A stretch of 64,000 bases of DNA from Octopus sinensis (Eukaryota). This document shows, one piece after another, positions 26,440-39,418 of this stretch (its first letter is position 1; every line of letters starts with the position of its first letter). The notes beneath the pieces are model-generated. The model saw only the letters and a program-made list of their open reading frames with translations. It was not told the DNA's origin and did no database searches. The position numbers and the translations under genes are program-made. The DNA lies in the NCBI RefSeq assembly GCF_006345805.1, contig NC_042999.1, positions 126,232,001 to 126,296,000 on the forward strand, in the 5' to 3' direction.

Positions 26440-27159
26440 TTCCAGTTGCCTTAAGCAGAAATCACTCAGATTGATTCTTACATCTACAACAGAACTTTCT
26501 ACTCTTTACGTATCACATCTTCAACCACTGCTTGTCCGTAGAGTCACATAAACATGGTAACAGGTCGCTGGTTACTAGCAACACTCTTGGCTGAAACCCT
26601 TGCTGTTTCGTTGCTGTCGCAGTGAAAGGAGAGACGAAACATTTTTCACCTCATTTCGTCCTAGATATTCACTTACATACGTCCCACTTCGATCGATGCC
26701 ACATCAACCAGAGATTTTTTTTTCTAGTTGTTCCTTTGATAGCATATGAAATTCTTATCAATTCTGAAAACAGGAATCATGTGTTGTTCTCTTACTTCTG
26801 CGTTTTATCGAGGAATACCGTGGCAAATAGTAACCCATAGTGACTTCTCTCTTAATGCTTACAAAACTGCTCTTATTGCTCTTGCTATTAACATTATGGC
26901 AAATAAAGTTATTTTTCATTTGTTAAAACGTAAATGACTGCTGTGTCTTCTTGATCAATTGTATCAATTTTTTTTATTTCTGTTTTTTTTTTGTTTATTT
27001 TGTTTCTTCCATTTTTTCTTTCTGGGCGTTATCGGTTCTGCCTCGTTTTGCTATCACTTGTATCTTACCTAGAAGGGGCTATATTTAATTATTAGCAAAT
27101 ACATTCTTTTTAACGAAAAGGTATAAAAGAGAGGCCTTTACTACATCAAGACCATTGGT

Positions 27160-28110
27160 CTTTTGGAGTCTCTTGTTTATAAAGTGAAAGAAATTTGTTT
27201 TACGTAATGCCTGAATGTAATGTATAGGCCTACAGAGGCCCATACATTACATTCATACAAACTGTTACCCAAGACGCGCGTAACATTGATAGACGTACAT
27301 TAGTCGGATGGATATGTTTTGGGCTTACGATAAACACAGTGAAGATTGATCTGGAGGAGGTTCTGTGCGCAAAGCCTTTCGGGAAAATAATTAGAAAACG
27401 TTTAAGCAACATTTTTGAAGGGGAAATTTTAATTCTTATGTGTTAGTAATGTAGGGTCGGCAATCCAGGGTTGGGAACAGAAAGGTTATTTTCCTGGCAA
27501 GAGACAAGTTAAATGCATAAGCATAGAATACAGGTCTAGAATAAAAAGACAAGAGATTAGCAGGTAGGCAAGACAGTTGTAAGTGTTAGGAAGGGAAGAA
27601 ACATTGGCATCAGCTCCATATGGCTCTGATTTGACATTTAGCAACATCTTGGGCATGAAGACGGTCTTCAGTAGCGGTCTCTTTTCCGCTAAGAATAGCT
27701 AGCATATTTTGGCACCATTAGTACAAGGCTTCCATTTCTTAATAGTCTCTACTCTAGTAGTTGACGGCCTCCTCCTTCAACCACTATAAATACTGAGCAA
27801 GTGCTTGGTGTCCCGCTTTTTTGTAGCTTCCTAGCGATGTGGTGTGGTTGTTTGCGCATTTCATTAAGGGATCCTTCGTCACTTTGATATAGCACTTTAT
27901 GCTGGATGCATTGTTCGACTCATTGTACCTCTTTGACTTCTTCGCCGTGTTGCAGTGACCATTGAAAGCTATGCCACTGCGAGCGCTACAAGCTTCAGTG
28001 CCAGGAGTGGGCTTGTGTGAAGGGATACTTTTCATGTTGGCTGTGCCTCTAAAGGCAACTGTAAAAGTATGTCTATTAAATAGCTTTCTATACCTATGTG
28101 TAGGAGGAAA
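27160..28110 (-). pseudogene. Possible highly decayed CR1/Jockey-group LINE ORF2 relic
   Basis: Minus-strand peptides FNLSLA.K.PF and PTNVRLSML loosely resemble RT-proximal motifs (LFNLSL..G.FP, P.NYRPISL); many stops. Confidence 0.3.
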
Positions 28111-28225
28111 ATACCCGTCATCTTATGTAAAACAGCTTTACCTATTCTGAAAAAATTCAAATAAAGAATTGTTGAGAACAAAGTAATTTGTTGTGCCGTT
28201 GTCGTTTTAGCAACGTATAAATACA

Positions 28226-29553
28226 CTAGCAGCATAGCCTGGCGTTGCCCGGGTATGTAAGAAACTTTGTCGATAAGCAATGCCCTTTACCTTTTAACCC
28301 TTTTTTGTACTCATTGAACCGTTATTTTGTAAAATGAAGCCTAAAAGACATTAAGGCATTCAAGGCACTGTTCCCTTGCATGCATGAAGAAAATCTATGA
28401 TAGTCAAAGTGCATTTTCTGGTTTTGTTTAGCACACCCAACCCAGTTCTGCGGGATCAGTGTCACGACGGGAACGCATGGGTTGGGAGTTTGACAGGCAG
28501 AGGTGATAAGGTTGCACATGCCGGCCCTTTTGACACCGCCCCCCCGAACCCAAGTTGGGTTCGGACCACAGCTAAGCCCTACCTAATCCTAACTTAAGTC
28601 TAGCGAAAAGGGGCTCGGGAACCTCTAGTAGGCAACGACTAATCCCGATCTAGTCCTTTCCCTCTAGGGAACGAAGGCGCATGTGTAGGTTGCAACGTCT
28701 TCTCTTCACTCCAATACTTCTGTGTATATGACGTTCCTAGCTGAAGCGGCAAAAATCGACTAAATCGCCTGAAATCCGCGAACTATTTAACAAAAGTCAG
28801 TTTTGTAGGGTTCGCATGGTCGGTCTCAAAGTGATATGGTTTTGTCGATTTCTCCCAATACTTGTTAACTGCATTGACAAAACGTCGTTAGTATGATATT
28901 TAATGCAAACTTGATGTCCCACATCGGTGTAGGGAAAATCTATGTGAACTTTCAAAAACTATCGCAGAAAAATCGGTTTGCTATGTGTGCCACATATGAT
29001 GTAATTAATCGATTTTTTCCAGTAATAACGTATCCTATTGGAATCAAAAGAGCAATCAATATAGCTCCTTGGAGCAGACATGATGCTCGCTGAGAATTTC
29101 AAAAAAATTCCTGCTAATTTGTTAAAGATATTGTCGAAAATATGTCATCTTGAATTTGAATGCGATTTCCCAAAATGGCATGATTTTATCGATTTTTTCT
29201 GATGGTAAGGTGTTGCATGAAAAACTAACGTCAGAATTAAGTTCCTTATGGTAACATTAAGCTTCACCATGAGTTTGGTTAAAATCGATTGCAAGTTGCG
29301 AAAACTACAACGGAATATGTGTTGCATATGATAAGCTTAGATTCTCGACCCCATGTCGAATTGTCAATTTTTTTCAGAACTGGGGTAACTTTTCAAAATT
29401 TTCGCTGCGTCAGTTTTGAATTATGACATTGGGCTATGTGTGTGTCAAGTTTCATCAGACTCGGTTGAAAGCCGTGGTCAGGGTGAGGGTACAACCTGAC
29501 AGACACACAGACAGACACACAGACAGACAAACGGCCTTTTATATATAGAGAGA
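28226..29553 (-). mobile_element. Non-autonomous Helitron (~1.33 kb) carrying a (CTGT)n tract
   Basis: Minus strand: A|TC 5' end at 29553, 3' CTAG|T at 28226, hairpin CCCGG-GCAACG-CCAGG 8 nt before CTAG, no TSD. Confidence 0.8.
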
Positions 29554-29583
29554 TACATACATACATACATACATTACATACAT

Positions 29584-29616
<33 letters not shown>

Positions 29617-30149
29617 TACATACATACATACATACATACATACATACATAGTGTGTTCGGGCTAAACTGGATGATTTTTTGTCTCCTGTTTTCAGGAACA
29701 GCTTTATGCTTTGTATTGATGAACAGTCAATGGCGCTGGAGGGCATAGGGAGAAAGGAAAGGATAGGTATTCACAGAAGTTGTAAATATTAAAGTTTTTT
29801 AAAGGTTTTAAAGATGATCATTTGTGTGTTCGTCCAGAGAAAATGGTAGATATGTAAGTTTCTAAACTTATTTTGAGTGAGAATTTAAAACAGTCACACG
29901 AGATTGTAAATGTTCCAGTTTTTGGAAGTTATTTTTCAGTTGATCTGCTGGGTTGCATTAGTGTTTCTGTGTCTTCGGCTGCTGACTGGCTAGAGCAACA
30001 AAGAACACGTCTAGCCACTGTCAAGGCTAGCGCCATTATATTACTATTGTTATTTATTGTCTTTGCACAGATTCTAACGCTGGAGATGGACTACGGTAGC
30101 AATTGTTCACTACCAGTGAACTAAGGTAACTATTATTATAATTATTTTT

Positions 30150-30676
30150 ATGTGTGAGAGAAAAGCGCATGCCATGAAAGTAACACTGGGATATAAATAT
30201 ACCAAGCCTAATATACCCATCGTGACTACCCGTCTGATAACGGTACACTAGGCACATGCATCACAACCACATGTGCGCGACATGGTGATCTCATATCAAG
30301 ATGAACAGTTAGAATTTTCTTCACGTCGAATAGTCCATCTCTCTCAAGAGGTCCATGAATATGGTTTAAGGATAGTGAGCAAAGCAACCATGTTTCCAGA
30401 GGTGAATTATTCAAACTCCAAAGAATTCCTCTCAACACATGGCTATGATGCTCCCCCACTACTTCTGCTCGTGATCAGAGATGCACATATCGTCAGCCAC
30501 TAAGGGAATGCTCAATTGGTTAAGGTCAAACAACTGACAGGCAATCTGTGGTATTGAGCAGAATATTTGCTGTAGCCCATCTTTTATACCAAGACTAAAC
30601 AGTGTACATGATAACGCTTCCAATCAGTTGCGATAAAAAGCTATGAGAGTCACTGCCTGATACTGCATCAGGGCTT
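30150..30676. mobile_element. Non-coding interspersed element 'C', copy 2 (longer), bounded by (ATT)n
   Basis: Homologous to 16625-17066; ends ...gcatcagggct followed by (ATT)n. Confidence 0.85.
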
Positions 30677-30705
30677 TATTATTATTATTATTGTTGTTGT
30701 TGTTG

Positions 30706-30787
<82 letters not shown>

Positions 30788-30788
<1 letters not shown>

Positions 30789-33700
30789 TAGTTTTATTTT
30801 TATAGCGTGCTTTCACTTCACTACCGAGCGCAGCTCTGTGTGCCTTGGGTATGTGCTGTGATTTGTAGTGATGCTCTGATGCTTATTGTATGGAAAGTGT
30901 TCTGCGTAGGATGTGTGCAGTGCCTAGTAGTGCAATTTTCTGTATGTTATATGTGTTTGTAAGTCCTGGTGTTTTTGTTATGTTTTGTCTGAATATTTTT
31001 TTATCATGCCTAATGCACCTACTATGATAGGAATTGTTTCTGTTTTCAGATTCCACATTCTAGTTACCTCTATTTCCAGGTCTTTGTATTTTGAGAGTTT
31101 CTCCATTTCTTTTAGAGACACGTTGTCATCTGCCGGTATTGATACATCAATTAGAAAGCATTTTTTTCCTTCATGATCTCTGACAACTATATCTGGTCTG
31201 TTGGCCTTAATTTCTCTATCTGTGTGTATCGGCATATCCCAGAGTATGGTTGCTTTCTCGTTTTCTGTGACCTTTTCTGGTGTGTGCCTATACCATCTTT
31301 TTTCTGTTGTTATTCCATAATGTTGGCATAGCTTCCAATGTATGTAGGTTCCAACTCTGTCATGTCTGTGAATATATTCCTTCTTAGCCAGGACTGGGCA
31401 GCTTGAGATAATATGATTATTGTTTCTTGTCCATCTCCACATATTCTGCAGTACTTGTAATATTTCTTTTCATTACATGTTTTTGGTAATTTCTGGTGGG
31501 GAGGCTTTGGTCTTGTGCTGCAATTAAAAATCCCTCTGTTTCTGCTTTGAGTCCTGAGCTTCTCAACCATTGCTGGGATTTTTCTTTGTCTATTTCTTTT
31601 GCGTTTAGTTTAGTCCAGTATTTACCATGAAGGGGCTTTTCTTGCCATCGTTTATCATGGTTCGTTGCTGTTCTATTTTTAGTTTGGATTTCATTTGTTT
31701 TATAGCTTTTGTTGTTTCTTCATCATCATCTTCTTCTTCTTCGTGTTTATTAGGTGGTATGATTTTGTTTGTATTTGTCAGCTTCCTTAAATACTGAGAA
31801 CAGTTTTTTGTTTTGCTCGTGTTTTGCTGCTATCTGGATCAGTTTTCCTTCCTTCTGAAGTAGGTATTTTTGCAGTCCTATGGTGGTTATTTTATAGTAG
31901 TTTTCCAGCTGTATAAGGCCTCTACCACCTTCTATACGTTGTATATATAGTCTTTCTATGTCAGATTTTGGGTGATGCATCCTAGATCCTGTCAGTATTT
32001 TTCTTGTTTTCCTATCTATTTTGGACAGTTCATTTCGTGTCCAGTTAAGGATATTGTAGCTGTAACTTATAACTGGGACAGCTAAAGTGTTGATACCTAT
32101 TATCTTGTTTTTAGCATTGAGCTCTGTTTTTAGTATTGATCTAACTCGTCTATAATATTTTTTTTATTTTCTCTTTCATTTGTGTGTGTTGTGTCTTATC
32201 TAGTTCATGGATTCCTAAGTATTTGTAAGTTTGGCTTTGGTCTAATTCTTTTATTTCATTGGTTTTATCTAGTGTGATGTTGTTACTCTTAACTAGTTTT
32301 CCTCTTTTCATGGTTACTTTGGCGCATTTTTCTAATCCAAATTTCATATCTATTTCTTTGGTAAATCCATGAACTGTCTTTAATAGTGTTTCCAGCTGTT
32401 TGTCATTTGCAGCGTATAGTTTTAGGTCATCCATATATAAAAGGTGGCTGATCGTTTTGCCGTAACATTTATATCCGCATCCAGTTCTATTTAGCATATC
32501 AGATAGAGGTGACAGTGCCAAGCAGAAAAGGAGTGGAGAGAGCGTGTCTCCCTGGAATATTCCTCTTCTAATGGGGATGGCTTTGGTTTTCATGAGTCCC
32601 TCTTTTGTTTGGAGGTGTAGGACTGTTGCCATTTATTCATAGAGTGCTCTATGAATTTTATGATTGTTGGTGCTACTTTGTTGATGGCTAGTGTTTCGAG
32701 GATCCATGTGTGGGGGATGCTATCAAACGCCTTTTTGTAGTCAATCCAGGCCATACTGAGGCCTTTCTTCTTTCTGTGGCTGTCTTCAGTTACGGCTTTA
32801 TTAATCATTAGTTGATCTTTACAGCCATATGAGCCTTTGCGGCATCCTTTCTGCTCTTCTGGGAACAGTTTGTTTTCGTCCATGTGCTTGTTCAGCCTTT
32901 GCGATATCACTGCAGTAAATGCCTTGAACATAGTAGGGAGGCAGGTTATTGGTCTGTAGTTTTCTGGTTTTGCTGTTTCATTTGATTTGGGAATTAAGAT
33001 GGTTTTCCCCTTCGTGAGCCATTCAGGCATTATCTCTGGCTCTGCTAGTATGCTGTTAAAGTTTTCAGCCAGCTTTTTGTGCATTCCTGTTAGATATTTC
33101 AACCAGAAGTTAGGGATCTTGTCATGCCCAGGTGCCTTCCAGTTGCTTAGTCTTTGCAGTGCCTGGGTGACCTCTTCAGTTGTTATGGGGGTCCAAAGTT
33201 GTTCAGATGCCGAGTTTGTTATTTTGATACTCCTTTTTTTGGGCTGTTCGTTCGCCGACCATATTTCTCTCCAGAATTCTTCCAATTCTTCTGCCGTTGG
33301 TGCTGCAGTGACTTCTATTTTATTTTTTCCCAGTTCTTGGTAGAACTTTTTGAGGTTGGAGTTGAACTTTTTGTTCTGTTCAAAGAAGCGTTGGCGTTTC
33401 TCGTACCGGCGGATCCTTTGAGCTTTGGCAAGGATATCTTGCTTCAGCTTTCTTTTATCTCCGGCAAATCTTTTTCTGTGATGTTATATTGCGGAGCATT
33501 TTCGTTCTCTTTTGTTGCTCAGTAGCGTTGATTGTTTGCTGATTTCATTAAGAATCGACAGGTCTTTTCTAATTTTTAAATTTTGTTTTGGATGTTATTT
33601 ATCCACAGGGTTTGTTTGGGTGGTGGTACTCCTGTTTGGGCGGGTTGGGTGAGTATCCAGCTTCTTTTGTGGCTGCAGTGGCTGCTGCGTATATCAAGTC

Positions 33701-33840
33701 ATTTAGTTCAGTGATATCGTTGTTTTTTGTTTCAGTGGCTAGTTCAGTGACGGCTAGGTTTATGCTGTTTATAATTGGTGTTGTTATTTCGTTTATTTTT
33801 ATTCTTGGGAGGTATGGTCGGTGGTCCATTTTGGGCTCTG
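30788..33840 (-). mobile_element. R4/Dong-clade non-LTR retrotransposon, probably 5'-truncated, flanked by (TAA)n on both sides
   Basis: RT motifs (YRPITCL, QKGC, DYKKAFDS, GIFQGD.LSPLLF, YMDD, KYLG), CCHC knuckle CRICG..QETI.HI.S.C, RLE (NRPDIVV..LIDVSIP..EK..KYKDL); ~100-bp 3' UTR followed by (TAA)n. Confidence 0.95.
30883..33829 (-). pseudogene. Single ORF of the Dong element (~980 codons once frameshifts are repaired): RT, zinc knuckle, RLE
   Basis: Six ORF-track fragments (33599-33829, 32590-33285, 32150-32632, 31750-31980, 31310-31570, 30978-31442) join by 1-bp corrections; reconstructed end LLGTAHILRRTLSIQ* at 30883. Confidence 0.9.
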
Positions 33841-33893
<53 letters not shown>

Positions 33894-33900
33894 CATTATT

Positions 33901-33953
<53 letters not shown>

Positions 33954-33998
33954 TATTATTATTGTTATTGTTATCATTATTATTATTATTATTATTAT

Positions 33999-34041
<43 letters not shown>

Positions 34042-34135
34042 GGTGGCGGTAGTAGTAGTAGTAGTAGTGGTGGTGGTGTTGGTGTGGTGGTGGTGGTGGT
34101 GGTGGTGGTGGTGGTGGTGGTGGTGGTGGTGGTAG
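33841..34135. repeat. Compound trinucleotide microsatellite (ATT)n-(AGT)n-(GGT)n
   Basis: Directly visible. Confidence 0.97.
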
Positions 34136-34369
34136 GAGAAGGAGAGGAATAGAAGGAGGGGAGGAGGAGTATTGCGTCACTCAAGGTTGGAAGTCAAGCT
34201 TAGGTTATGTCACATTCCTGAAGAACAAATTGTGTTGATTCCGTCTAAGCCAATTTAATTATAATTAAGGATCGCTGAGTAAAACTGATTTTTAATTAAT
34301 TACCTTTTGATAAAAATGCGATAGACATTGAAAGTGAAATGTGACAGCTGTTTCCTGTATGTAAATATG

Positions 34370-34881
34370 CACGTTTTAAGTTCGAGTGGGGTGTTATTCA
34401 ATAACATCGACCCCAGTACCTATTTTTTAAAGCCTGGTACTTATTCTATCAGCTCTTTTACCTTACTACTAAGTTACGAGGACGTAAAGAAACCATCACC
34501 GGTAGTTAAGCAGTGTGCGTGAGAAATATAGCGGAAAGAAACACACACACAGATACACATAAACATGAACATACACACACAAATATTTATATATACATAC
34601 GACGGGCTTCTTTCAGTTACTCTCAACCAAATCCATTCACATGACACTTATACAAGGTGCCACACATTGAGGCTGAACCCAAAACCATGTCATTGGAAAG
34701 CAAGCTTCTTAACCACACAATCACGCCCGCGGCTATGTATATATTTGTGTATATTTGTTTACATGTATTTCATTTTTAATTATTTGAAATCTTCCGTCTT
34801 GCAAATATTAACGATTCCACTAGCAGATTATGTTTGCAAAGTATGTGTGAAACAGTCTCTATGCGTGAAAGATTGTCTGTT

Positions 34882-34912
<31 letters not shown>

Positions 34913-35745
34913 ATGTATGTATGTATGTATGTCATTATTCAGCTTTATGTCAAATTGTCTTGCCAATAAAGAGCCGGTTTCATTGTACTTTCAGCAACAT
35001 CAATAGGATATCTTTTCAATGTATCTGTGTATATATGCAGTATTTGGATTTGGTGCATGTTCAGATTTTTATGTTTTGTTTTATGTAAGTATTCTCATGC
35101 GCACATAGACATAAATGATAAACTTCTGCAACGTTTTACAAATTTTTATGTACGTACGTATGTATGTATGTATGTATGTATGTATGTATGTATGTATGTA
35201 TGTATGTATGTATGTATGTATGTATGTAGATGCCAGGATGGGTAGTACGACATCTGCATATTTAAATATCAAAATAAGTCCAACATCACCACACACATAC
35301 ACACCCATGTCATTATATCTATCATTCCTTCCTCCCTTTCCGTCACTTTCTGCTTCTCCGCACCAAATACACACGGAAATGCCCACAACACCAATCAAAC
35401 TTTTCATTGGTTAAAATTGATTTTTTAAAAAAACCCTCAGTTAAACATCCGTTACGGGACTTGAACAGACTAATACTGATTGTTAAGCGGTGATAGACGA
35501 CAAACACCGACACAAGATGCGCACGCGCGCGCACACAAACATACACACACGCATACACTTACCACACACATATATCTATATGTGTGTGTGAATATGTGGC
35601 GGGCTTCTTTCAGTTTTCGCCGACCAAATCCACTCACAAGGCTTTGGTCGATCTGGGGCTATAGTAGAAAACATTTGCTAAGTTACCGCACAACGTGACT
35701 GAACCCAGAACGATGTTGTTGAGATACAAACTTCTTACCACTTAG
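34370..35745 (-). mobile_element. SINE family B copies (34370-34730 and 35575-35745)
   Basis: gacgggcttctttcagtt...ccaaatcca...aaccca...cttaccac (reverse complement of the family B head). Confidence 0.75.
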
Positions 35746-35749
35746 CCAC

Positions 35750-35831
<82 letters not shown>

Positions 35832-35852
35832 TGTACATATATATATATAGAG

Positions 35853-35948
<96 letters not shown>

Positions 35949-35959
35949 AAACCTGAAAT

Positions 35960-36440
35960 GAATGCTTCCGATACTATCAAGTTCCTCAAGAAGAGAACGC
36001 GTAATATTTTTGCTCATGGGTCTGTTCGATCAGGGTTGACCTTGAACTAAGCGACCACAAAAATAACATCGGAAATAATTTTCTTGATATCAACTCTGGT
36101 ATTTACCAAGTTGAAATTTATAGGAAAACAAAAGACCAAAACAGGTGTAGGAACAAGCGAGTGTTTCAGTTTGACGCTCGGGAAAAATGGAGAAAATCTT
36201 TTACGTTTCGAGCCTGCGCTCTTCGACAGAAATGAATAAGAAGAAATCACGTTATAACGCAATATATACAACGAGAAACAAAAGGCAGCGACAGACAACG
36301 TTGTAACTGTCGAGGTATATGAGTGAAACTTGACTGAGCGACCACATAGAGAGTTCCTTTTTGGGATCGTCGCTACATCGATTATACCAATTGAAGTGAA
36401 ACTTTTAGCTCTTTCTTCCATCACTTCACCCAACTCTCCA
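35960..36440. mobile_element. Probable Penelope-like terminal repeat fragment containing a hammerhead-like motif
   Basis: Non-coding repeat-like segment carrying ttttacgtttcgagcctgcgctcttcgacagaaa; PLE assignment inferred from this motif. Confidence 0.5.
36197..36233 (-). ncRNA. Minimal type-I hammerhead ribozyme-like motif with variant core
   Basis: Minus strand: UUU-CUGUCGA-A-GAGC(GCAG)GCUC-GAA-ACGU-A-AAA; palindromic helix III ACGU and GUA cleavage triplet; A6 replaced by U. Confidence 0.5.
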
Positions 36441-37337
36441 GCAGGGGAAAATCACTCCCTACTCTCTTAAAATAGGGCGGGTATATGGGATAATGTAGTC
36501 CTACATAAACTATGTCTGAAAGCAAAAGAGATATGTTGGTTACAGCTGAAAAAATGATTGTAGTTTTGGCCGATCAAAACTGACCTGAAAGTTAATTAAC
36601 AGTACGATTACTAACACCGTCATCACCACCACTGCTGCCGCCGCCGCTACCTCCACCACAGCCGCCGCCATCGTTGCCACAACAACCATCACCACTACCA
36701 CCACCACTGTAGCTGTTCAGTTGATTCTTACAGTCTGTATTGTATCCCCAGAAGTGAAACTTCTAGATGACCTTAACGTCATCCCTAAATGTTCTGGTTA
36801 TCACTGGCATCACTAGCTGTAGTTAGCTCTCCACTTCATGGAATAATGCCGTAATCATATACCGCCTTTCCTCATTAATCCACGTATGACATAAGATGGA
36901 GCGCGGGAAGAGATTCTTCATTCACGTTTACGATATATAACTAATTACCCCACGCTACGTTCCTCCTCAACTACTACTACTACAAGTAAATTAGATGTAT
37001 GATGAATGCAGTGCTGACTACATCATAGCTTCGCACACGTATATGAGTATGTTCAATGTGTAAATGGAATTTTAGACATTTCGATGTTGACTATTCAGGG
37101 GTTCGATCAACTGAACTACCAGCTCATTCAATTATCGAGTGAGTATTCTACAGAACGTGAATGCTTTTCACGTAATTCACAGGCAGAACAACCAGCCTGA
37201 CACAATGTATGATAATGCTATAGCAAAAGATCCCGTGCACCATATATATATGTATGTATGCATCCATCAATCAATCAATCAGTCGATCGATCGATCAATC
37301 AATCTATCAATCAATCAATCAATCAATCACTCAATCA

Positions 37338-37370
<33 letters not shown>

Positions 37371-37734
37371 CCTATTTATTTATCTATTTAACTATCTATA
37401 TATGTTTATACACATGCACGCACACACACATACACACACATACACACCCAAGCACATACGCAAGCATACACGCGCGCACACACATTCGCGCGCGCGCATA
37501 CACATAAGTAATCACATAAGTGCAAAACAAGGTGGAAAAAATAGTACTCGAATACCAAAGGTAGAATAACGTGCCATTATATTAAAGCCCAAAAAGGCCC
37601 TCACAAACTGTTATTCAGTTTCACGTGACTATTTACAACACACTTGTGATAATACAGTCTGTATTATCTGATTGATGAACGGTCGTATAAAGCTATCTGT
37701 GAAGGACTTTTGGGCTCAAAAGATAGTGTGTATA

Positions 37735-37771
<37 letters not shown>

Positions 37772-37774
37772 CTT

Positions 37775-38348
37775 TTATCTTCTATGTTTTATTTATTTAT
37801 TTCAGTCATTAGACTACGGCTATACTGGGGCACCACCTTGAAGAATTTTATTCGAATGCATCGGCACCAGTATTTATTTTTTTAAAGGCTGGTACTTCTT
37901 CTTTCGGTTTCATTTGCCGAACAGCTAAGTCACGGTGACGTAACCAGTAACCACACAAGTACCGGTTGTCAAACGGTGGGGGGGGGGGCAAACACAGACA
38001 AACAGCCAATTATCTGGTGGGGACCATGTGGCGCGTGGTCGTATTCGGTTGCGAGGTATGTGTCTCCCTATATGGAGATGGGGTGTGTCTCCCTATAAGT
38101 TCAAATTCCGCCGGGGTCGACTTTGCCTTTCATCCTTTCGGGATTGATAAATCACTGGGGTCGATATAATCGACTAGCGTCCTCCCTACAAATTTCAGGC
38201 CTTATGCTTATAGTAGAAAGGATTATTTTATTATTATTATTATTATTATTATTATCATCATCATCATCATCATCATCATTATCATTATTATTATTCATTA
38301 TTATTATCTATTATTATTATTATCATCATCATCATCATATCATCATCA

Positions 38349-38387
<39 letters not shown>

Positions 38388-38410
38388 CATCATACATCAT
38401 CATCATCTTA

Positions 38411-38443
<33 letters not shown>

Positions 38444-38950
38444 GTATTATTCATCTCATCATCATCATCATCATTATCATATCATTAGTCATCATCATCA
38501 TCATCATCATTATTATTATTATTATTATTATATTATTATATTATATTATTAGGTCGACTTTGCCTTTCATCCTTTCGGGGTCGATAAATGAAGTACCAGT
38601 GAAACACTGGGGTCGATGTAATTGACTAGTCCCACCACCACCACCACCACCACCACCACCAAATTCGAGGCCTTGTGCCTCCAGTAGAAAGGATTCTTTT
38701 ATAATTATTACTATTATTATTATTACTATTGTCAAGGCGGCAAGCTGGCAGAACCTTTAGCATGTCGAGCAGAAATGCTTTGCGGTATTTCGTCCGTCTT
38801 CACATTCTGAGTTCAAATTCCGCCAAGGTCTACATTGCCTTTCATCCTTTCTGAGTCGATAAAATAAGTACTAGTTGAATACAGGGGTCGATGTAATCGA
38901 CAATCCACCCCACTCCCAGATTTCAGGCCTTGTGCCTATAGTGGAAAGGG
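37775..38950. mobile_element. SINE stack: one family B (-, 37775-38000) and three family A (+; 38095-38222, 38550-38692, 38733-38950) separated by (ATT/ATC)n
   Basis: Repeated gtcgactttgcctttcatcctttcgggg cores, each followed by gtagaaaggatt and trinucleotide tails. Confidence 0.85.
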
Positions 38951-39146
38951 TTATTATTATTGTTGTTGTTGTTATCATTATCTCCCTCTTACCCCTTGTG
39001 TTAGTACTGACTCTAGAGCCATTAATGCATAAGTTCGCGGTTTCGATGGACATACCGCGAGAAATAGGTTGTGGAAGATCTGTGTTTGCAAATGCAGATG
39101 TCACCGTAGTAGCGTCGGGCATCAAACACATCGAGATGATCAACTT

Positions 39147-39418
39147 AAAGCGGTGGTCCGCGAACGCCGGTCCGCGAACCATCAGCTGCCGGTACGCGGT
39201 GAGCTTCCAGAAAAGAAAGCAACATTATAAAATGCTTATGTAATATTGTATTATTTGTTTACAAACTAAATAAAAAATAATAAATTGTCAACTCTCATTA
39301 TATTCATTATATATATTATTTCTGGTATAAATTAATATTACTAAGAAATTCTGCCTGTCCATGGCACAATGGAAAAAAAACTACCGGTAGCCACATCAGA
39401 TAGTTTGAGAAGCACTGA
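39147..39418. mobile_element. hAT (Charlie-like) non-autonomous relic
   Basis: Right end agtttgagaagcactg (reverse complement CAGTGCTTCTCAAACT) followed by atctacac; ccggtccgcg internal motif; left TIR degenerate. Confidence 0.5.

Noticed and set aside
28500-28600. HDV-like ribozyme suggested by a hairpin followed by GCTAAG
   Set aside because: No P1/P2/P3 nested pseudoknot could be built on either strand.
30490-30580. HDV-, twister- or pistol-type ribozyme in element C
   Set aside because: Pairings can be drawn, but L3, P1.1 and catalytic-residue spacing do not fit these classes; kept only as an unclassified pseudoknot hypothesis.
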